Below are positions 58,882-64,000 of a stretch of DNA of 64,000 nt, piece after piece (the first letter of the stretch is position 1; each line of letters starts with the position of its first letter). Origin of the DNA: Candidatus Bathyarchaeota archaeon (GTDB lineage: Archaea; Thermoproteota; Bathyarchaeia; TCS64); the NCBI GenBank assembly GCA_043826455.1, contig JBDRQD010000055.1, positions 19,380-83,379 on the forward strand. The letters run 5' to 3'. Both the position numbers and the translations under genes were made by a program. The notes beneath the pieces are model-generated. The model had not been told where the DNA came from and searched no databases. It saw only the letters and a program-made list of their open reading frames with translations.

Positions 58882-59129
58882 CGGTCCTCACTTATCTCGA
58901 ACCTGTAGTCGTCCTTGGTGGGGTTGGTGAGGAGCCTCCTGCACATCTCGTCTATTAGGGCCTCAGCCTTCTTCCTGTCTCTGGCCTCGAAGATGACCTC
59001 GTAGGCCTTGCTGGCCCGGACACTCTCCACGGGGTACCCCAGGCCTTTTAGGGCCTCTGCCGTGGTCTCTCCCTCTGGGTCGCTGTAGCCTTTCTTTAGA
59101 GTGACGTACACAAATGCTTTGAACTTCAA
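58878..59129 (-). CDS. purS: FGAM synthase subunit PurS
   Basis: V.LK....DPEG......L..LG, MC.RLL.NP. Confidence 0.93.
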   Translation of the reverse strand: MKFKAFVYVTLKKGYSDPEGETTAEALKGLGYPVESVRASKAYEVIFEARDRKKAEALIDEMCRRLLTNPTKDDYRFEISEDR

Positions 59130-59326
59130 TTTTCATCCACCACATGTCACGCTGGCAGAGGGCCTTACATGTTGACCCAACCCCCAGCCACGGATATTTA
59201 ATGAAAGTGTCAATATATAAAATATTTTACCCACAAAATAACAACATTATTGTAAATTACGTGGTTTTGTTACACACTACCAGATAGCTCTGAAAAAGGA
59301 AAAAGAAGACGCCCCTGTTGAGCAGG

Positions 59327-59755
59327 CTAACCGCTCAGCAGGATAGCGACGATGAGTCCATAGATAGCGAGGCCCTCACCGAGAGCTACGAAGAGGAGTG
59401 ACCAGATGCTCAGCTCCGGCCTCTCCACCAGCATCTCGGCACCTGCTTTCGCGGCGACCATGATACACAGAGCTGAAGCAAAAGCAGCCCCAATCATGGT
59501 AAGTGCACCGGTCAGCAAAGGCCATGCAGATTCAGGAATCATGCCACCTTCACCTCCTCCAAACAATATCACGATAGTGAACAGTAAATTGACAACGACA
59601 GTAAAACCACCGAAGGCGTTCAGGCTAACACCCCAGACCGGCGTGCCCTTCCCCTCCATCTCAGCCGAAGCGTTGATGATCGATCCTTGGATCATAGACC
59701 ACGCCGCTGCTAGAATGCTAGCGCCGACAATTATAGCAATGGGTAAAAGTTCCAC
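59327..59755 (-). CDS. atpK: A/V-type ATPase subunit K/c (4-TM, single carboxylate)
   Basis: E.PE...SLLFVALGEGLAIYGLIVAIL in the second hairpin; GGAGG upstream of the GTG start. Confidence 0.88.
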   Translation of the reverse strand: MELLPIAIIVGASILAAAWSMIQGSIINASAEMEGKGTPVWGVSLNAFGGFTVVVNLLFTIVILFGGGEGGMIPESAWPLLTGALTMIGAAFASALCIMVAAKAGAEMLVERPELSIWSLLFVALGEGLAIYGLIVAILLSG

Positions 59756-59915
59756 TACTTTAATGCCTCCATGTTTTCTGCGTTGTGAGATAACGTGATT
59801 TCACAGTCGACTCTCACCTTTTCTCACCTAAGTCAACCTTCTATACATAAATATCTTTTCCACGACAAGCTGTTTTATAAAAACGGAAAAATGAAAAAGG
59901 GTTTGCCGTGTGAGG

Positions 59916-62072
59916 CTACTCCTTTATCTGGAAGGGCTTGAAGCGCACACCGGTCCCGTGGTAGAACTTGCCCATGAACTCGTAGTACAGCAGTCTCAGG
60001 CTCTGTACGCTGCTGGACACGAACTCGAAGCTGAGGGCTATTATGTTCATGATTATCAGCGCCATGAGTGGGTTTTGTAGGGCGTGGCCCATGGCCTCCC
60101 CGGCTCCCGCCAAGCTGGCGTGGGCCAGGGCGAAGGCCGCGATACGTAGGAAGCTGAACAGGTTTGCCAGCCCCTCCACGAAGGTCATGAGGAGGCCGCC
60201 GACTCCTTCGCCCACTGCCTCTATGCTTACACCATGGCCGTGCATCAAGGAGTGAAGCACAGGCTCAAGGAAGGACAGGAGCATTCCAGCGAGCATGAGC
60301 TTGAATGGCCAGTTGGCTACAAGCAGCGTGACGTTGAGGCCCTCCGTGAACATCCTTCCCGCTGACAGGTACAGGCCTAAGACGTAGAGGCCCATGCCGA
60401 AGCCGTGCTCGCCCAGCATGCCCACGTAGTTCTTCTCCTTGTAGGAGTTGAAGGCCCCCAGGAGTGAGCCGAAGATGACCTCCACGGTGCCCACCAGGAA
60501 TATGAGGTTCATGAGCTTGCCTATCTCATAAACCGGGTTGGGCATTATCGGGTAGTGGAAGGGTAGTTCTATGTGGGCGGCGTGAAGCCAGTTGCTTATC
60601 GCGTGCTCTACTAGGAAGACGCTGTCGTACATGAACCCGAAGATGATGGCAGCTATGCCCATTGGTATAAACAGAGCCGTCAGGTACCTCATCATCCCCT
60701 TCTCGAATCTTCTGTGCAGGGTGATGCCTATGAGCAGATATAGAAGGCCCTGCCCAACGTCACCGAACATGAGGCCGAACTGGAAGCAGAACACCAGCAC
60801 AGATATGTATCCAGGGTTCAACTCTCCTGCTGAGGGCCAGCCCCTGAGCCTTGTAAGTATCCATGCAGGCTCCAGGAAGCCCGGCATCTCCAATGCAGGC
60901 GTCGGGGCGTGGTGGTCGTCGTGCCCGATCTCCGTGACCTCGACGAAGAGGGTCTGCCCTATGGCGCTCTCCACCTGTCCCACGGCTTTTCTTAGTTCAG
61001 GTATCTTGCTCTCGGGTGTGTAGCCTTGGATTACGCTGATGACCTTGCTTCTCAGTATGGGGGACGACGTCCTTGAGAGCGTCTTCAGCATGTTGACGTA
61101 GAAGCTGATCTCGCCTAGGACCGCGGCCTGGTCCTTCTGGAACTGGGCATTCGCGTCTTTGTGCTTTTGCTCGTTTTCCCTGATCTTTCCCTCATACTCC
61201 TCTTTCAACGCCTGTACGCTTTGCTGATGTTTCTTTTCCAATATGCGTTCAGGCGTCTCATCCTCTGGAGTCTTCCACTTTTTATCGATCTCAGTGAGTT
61301 GAGCTCGGTACTTCTCGATGGCCTGCTGTCTCCTAGCCGGGTCCAGCACGAGGATGACGTCTCTGGGATCGAGGACATCAAAAATGTCCCTTATCTCAAA
61401 CACGAGGAAGAGGGCATCGATCCATTTACGGCTCTCCTCTGATCCAAATATGAATAGGAGACTTTCCTCCTCCGATATCTTGGACGTCCTGGAGTATGTT
61501 TCCGGGTACCTCTTCAGGTACTCGTTCATCCTAGGTATGATATCGTTCTGAACAACGCCCACGGCGAAACAGTTCTTTAGTTCATCGGGCTTCAGGGCCT
61601 CGATGGACTCAAGTCTAGCCTTGAGGGTCACTCGCTCATTCCACTGCTCAGACTTGACCGCTTCATACTGCTCATTCTCCTTTCCAAGCTTTTCTTGAAG
61701 TTCATTCACTAGCTTGTTGTTTCGGAGATGATATTCTTCCTGGCCTGCCCTGAACTTCTCGATTAAACTGGTGGCCTGATTGATGAGCCCTTCAACTTTT
61801 CCATCAGGGTCAAGAGCGAAAGTCCTTAACTCGCCAGCTTCCGGCGTCACCCGCTCAACCGTCATGTCACCCAAGCCTAGTGGCTCAACAAGGCGGGTTT
61901 GGACTCGCTGGTAAAGTTCCTTGTAGTCCACCTCTTGCGCTGAGGGCGTTCTGAGTCCCTCAAACTCGGCTCCGGTGACGGGTTTAAGCTGCGTCACCCT
62001 GGCCTTCCCTAGGGACTCCAGAACCAGGCCCTCATACTCGGGGGGAGTGATGATGGTGACCTTCTTCATCAA
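59916..62072 (-). CDS. atpI: A/V-type ATPase subunit I/a
   Basis: MKKVTII, FGLMFGDVGQG, SFLRIAAFALAH (essential Arg), LRL.YYEF.GKFY.G.G..F.PF. Confidence 0.92.
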   Translation of the reverse strand: MMKKVTIITPPEYEGLVLESLGKARVTQLKPVTGAEFEGLRTPSAQEVDYKELYQRVQTRLVEPLGLGDMTVERVTPEAGELRTFALDPDGKVEGLINQATSLIEKFRAGQEEYHLRNNKLVNELQEKLGKENEQYEAVKSEQWNERVTLKARLESIEALKPDELKNCFAVGVVQNDIIPRMNEYLKRYPETYSRTSKISEEESLLFIFGSEESRKWIDALFLVFEIRDIFDVLDPRDVILVLDPARRQQAIEKYRAQLTEIDKKWKTPEDETPERILEKKHQQSVQALKEEYEGKIRENEQKHKDANAQFQKDQAAVLGEISFYVNMLKTLSRTSSPILRSKVISVIQGYTPESKIPELRKAVGQVESAIGQTLFVEVTEIGHDDHHAPTPALEMPGFLEPAWILTRLRGWPSAGELNPGYISVLVFCFQFGLMFGDVGQGLLYLLIGITLHRRFEKGMMRYLTALFIPMGIAAIIFGFMYDSVFLVEHAISNWLHAAHIELPFHYPIMPNPVYEIGKLMNLIFLVGTVEVIFGSLLGAFNSYKEKNYVGMLGEHGFGMGLYVLGLYLSAGRMFTEGLNVTLLVANWPFKLMLAGMLLSFLEPVLHSLMHGHGVSIEAVGEGVGGLLMTFVEGLANLFSFLRIAAFALAHASLAGAGEAMGHALQNPLMALIIMNIIALSFEFVSSSVQSLRLLYYEFMGKFYHGTGVRFKPFQIKE

Positions 62073-62171
62073 AGTGATTCACCTATATGGATTTCTTTTT
62101 GATAAAAAGGTTTCCTAGTAAGATGTTAATATGAGTTACCCTATTTGAGCCATAAAATAAGATGTTTTTCC

Positions 62172-62594
62172 CTATTTTTTCCTCAGGAGTGGACTGAACT
62201 GGGCCAGGGAGGTCAGGGTCACCGCCCGCACCAGGTCGGTCTCGGACACGATGCCCACAAGCTTCTCCCCGTCGCTCACAAGAAGCCTCCGGACCTTCTT
62301 GTTCTTGAGGGTCCTCATAGCCTCCAGTATGGGCGTGTCTTTTTTCACTGAGATGAGAGGGCTTGACATTACCTCCCTCGCCTTGCACTCTTTAGGGTCT
62401 CGGCACTTCACCAGTACTCTGCTCAGGAGATCGCTCTTGGTGACGATCCCAATGGGTTTCCCGTTCTCCACGACGATGATGCTGCCGATATGGTGCTCCA
62501 GCATCACCTCGGCGGCCTCTTTTATGGAGGCCTCCCCGCTGATGGTGATCAACTCGTTGGCGATGTCGGCAACGACGGATGGGAACCTCTCCAA
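62172..62594 (-). CDS. Stand-alone CBS-pair protein
   Basis: Two CBS repeats (GSIIVV..G.P.GIVT..D; M..P.I.V...; RRL.V....LVGIV...D). Confidence 0.92.
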   Translation of the reverse strand: MERFPSVVADIANELITISGEASIKEAAEVMLEHHIGSIIVVENGKPIGIVTKSDLLSRVLVKCRDPKECKAREVMSSPLISVKKDTPILEAMRTLKNKKVRRLLVSDGEKLVGIVSETDLVRAVTLTSLAQFSPLLRKK

Positions 62595-62605
62595 TCTAGC
62601 TCACC

Positions 62606-62851
62606 TCAGCCTTTTTTCGGAAACCCTGCGTGAATGAGAGTAGTTGTGGCCTCTACGCCATCTATTGTACGCAGCTTGCTGAAGACGAAATCATCCAGGT
62701 GCTCCAAGGACTCGACCTCCACCTTGATTATGATGTCATACTCCCCGTAGGTAGTAATTACCTCCTTCACCTCAGCGAGCTCCTTGATCTTGTTGTAGAC
62801 CATTAGATCCTTGGCCGGCTGAACCCGTGCAAGCGTGTAGCTAATCACCAA
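62606..62851 (-). CDS. Stand-alone Lrp/AsnC ligand-binding (RAM) domain
   Basis: V.EV..TYGEYDII.K......L..FV...LR.IDGV..T.TLI; no HTH. Confidence 0.88.
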   Translation of the reverse strand: MVISYTLARVQPAKDLMVYNKIKELAEVKEVITTYGEYDIIIKVEVESLEHLDDFVFSKLRTIDGVEATTTLIHAGFPKKG

Positions 62852-62905
62852 CTCTAACCTGTCCCCTGTTACTCATAATAAATAAGTAGTAAAGAAAATT
62901 TAGGT

Positions 62906-63184
62906 TTATAGGTTCTTTACGGCTACAGTAAGCTCCTTCAGGCCCAGATCGTCCATGACCTTCGTCACAGCAGAGGAGTCCACTGTCGCCGCGGCCCTGA
63001 TCAAGGTCTCTATACCCGTGGGGGATGCGAGCTGGTCCTGTCTCCACAGGTAGATGATCTTCTTGGTCATCTCGGTGGATACCGCGTCTCTATCATCCGA
63101 GTCCAGGATGATGGACACCAGCTTGTCTGACAGGGTCTTGTACAGGGACACCGGGACTTTGTTTATGGCTTCCATATCGGTCAA
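62906..63184 (-). CDS. Hypothetical alpha-helical protein (92 aa)
   Basis: Host-like codon usage; co-oriented with the Lrp-domain and CBS genes. Confidence 0.65.
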   Translation of the reverse strand: MTDMEAINKVPVSLYKTLSDKLVSIILDSDDRDAVSTEMTKKIIYLWRQDQLASPTGIETLIRAAATVDSSAVTKVMDDLGLKELTVAVKNL

Positions 63185-63495
63185 ACATACAATGTCTGTT
63201 GATGGATATAGCAGGTTTCATTAAGAAAAACATAGAACAACTGCGAAAACTTGGGATTTCTTTAATCTTATTTAATGTTTTCAACAGTTTCTTTAATGGT
63301 TCCACCAACACATTGTATATATATATTATAATTACTATGCTGGAGGGTGTGTTTTTAACATATTTTTGTTGAAATGGCGTAGTCCCAAAAATCTCTTCAA
63401 TTTTGTTATGGAAAACACATAAATAATTGAGGAAAACATAAATCAGATTAAAGAATCTTAAAATATGTGTTCAGCTAAGAATAGATCGAACAGAC

Positions 63496-63942
63496 ATGTC
63501 CCTCGACATTCTCGACTTAAAAATAGTGAAATGCTTGACCGAGGACGCCCGATGCACCTATAAGAAGATCGCGGAGGAGACCGGTGTAAGCGAGGCCACT
63601 GTGAAGAACCGCATAGACAAGCTCATGGAAGCGGGCATAATCAAAAAGTTCACAGTTATAATGGACTACCACAAGCTCGGCCGGGCCATCAAGGCGTTCA
63701 TAGGCCTCAGGATACAGCCCGCCAAGCTCCCCGAGATCGTTGAACACATCCAGAAGAACCCGGACGTCCACGTGCTGTACCGCACCAGCGGCGACGTTGA
63801 CCTTCTCATCGAGGTAATCTTCGAGCAGATGGAGGACCTGAACAAGTTCCTGGAGTCAGAGCTCGCCCTAGAAGGCATACTGGGGACCGTCGTGACCATC
63901 GTGATAGGGCCTTACAAGAGGTGCCCCTGGACCGGCCTCTAG
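63496..63942 (+). CDS. Lrp/AsnC family transcription regulator
   Basis: LD..D.KI...L..DAR.....IA...GVSE.TV..RI..L...GII; SG..D. Confidence 0.95.
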   Translation: MSLDILDLKIVKCLTEDARCTYKKIAEETGVSEATVKNRIDKLMEAGIIKKFTVIMDYHKLGRAIKAFIGLRIQPAKLPEIVEHIQKNPDVHVLYRTSGDVDLLIEVIFEQMEDLNKFLESELALEGILGTVVTIVIGPYKRCPWTGL

Positions 63943-64000
63943 ATCCAGGCGTCCTCTTTGGGCTCGGTCACCTTGAAGATAATGAGGTCCTTTATGTTGG
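63939..64000 (-). CDS. C-terminal fragment of a gene running off the window (…NIKDLIIFKVTEPKEDAWI)
   Basis: Open frame with host codons ending in a TAG that overlaps the Lrp stop. Confidence 0.5.
   Translation of the reverse strand, partial: NIKDLIIFKVTEPKEDAWI

Overview
GC-rich archaeal chromosome segment, most consistent with a TACK archaeon such as Bathyarchaeia. That assignment is an inference from eS26, A/V-type ATPase, Hdr/Mvh, a DRG GTPase, JAMM/SAMP and Lrp regulators. The first ~29 kb is an energy-conservation supercluster. It holds a tandem HdrA-MvhD-HdrC-HdrB-MvhG-MvhA operon with its maturation protease, followed by mobA/moeB/fdhD. Next is a divergently transcribed complex-I-like group 4 [NiFe]-hydrogenase: intact Ni-binding CxxC motifs, its own HycI protease, FOUR antiporter-like subunits (N, L, M, M') and a lengthened NuoL amphipathic helix. 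Then come ATPase subunits F-H-E-A-B-D-C. The ATPase membrane subunits I and K lie ~30 kb away, and K is a 4-TM V-type c subunit with a single carboxylate. The rest is housekeeping (purC/F/E/Q/L/S, rps26e, CDP-alcohol phosphatidyltransferase, msrA, DRG) interrupted by small AT-richer inserts. Several inserts have sharp borders although no transposase or integrase is present: a QueG-like gene inside perfect 15-bp inverted repeats and 14-bp direct repeats; an AprAB-like pair inside a 14-bp direct repeat of the purF 3' end; and a PH-like gene inside 13-bp inverted repeats. No rRNA, tRNA or CRISPR array was recognised. All family assignments come from motif recognition by eye, not database searches.
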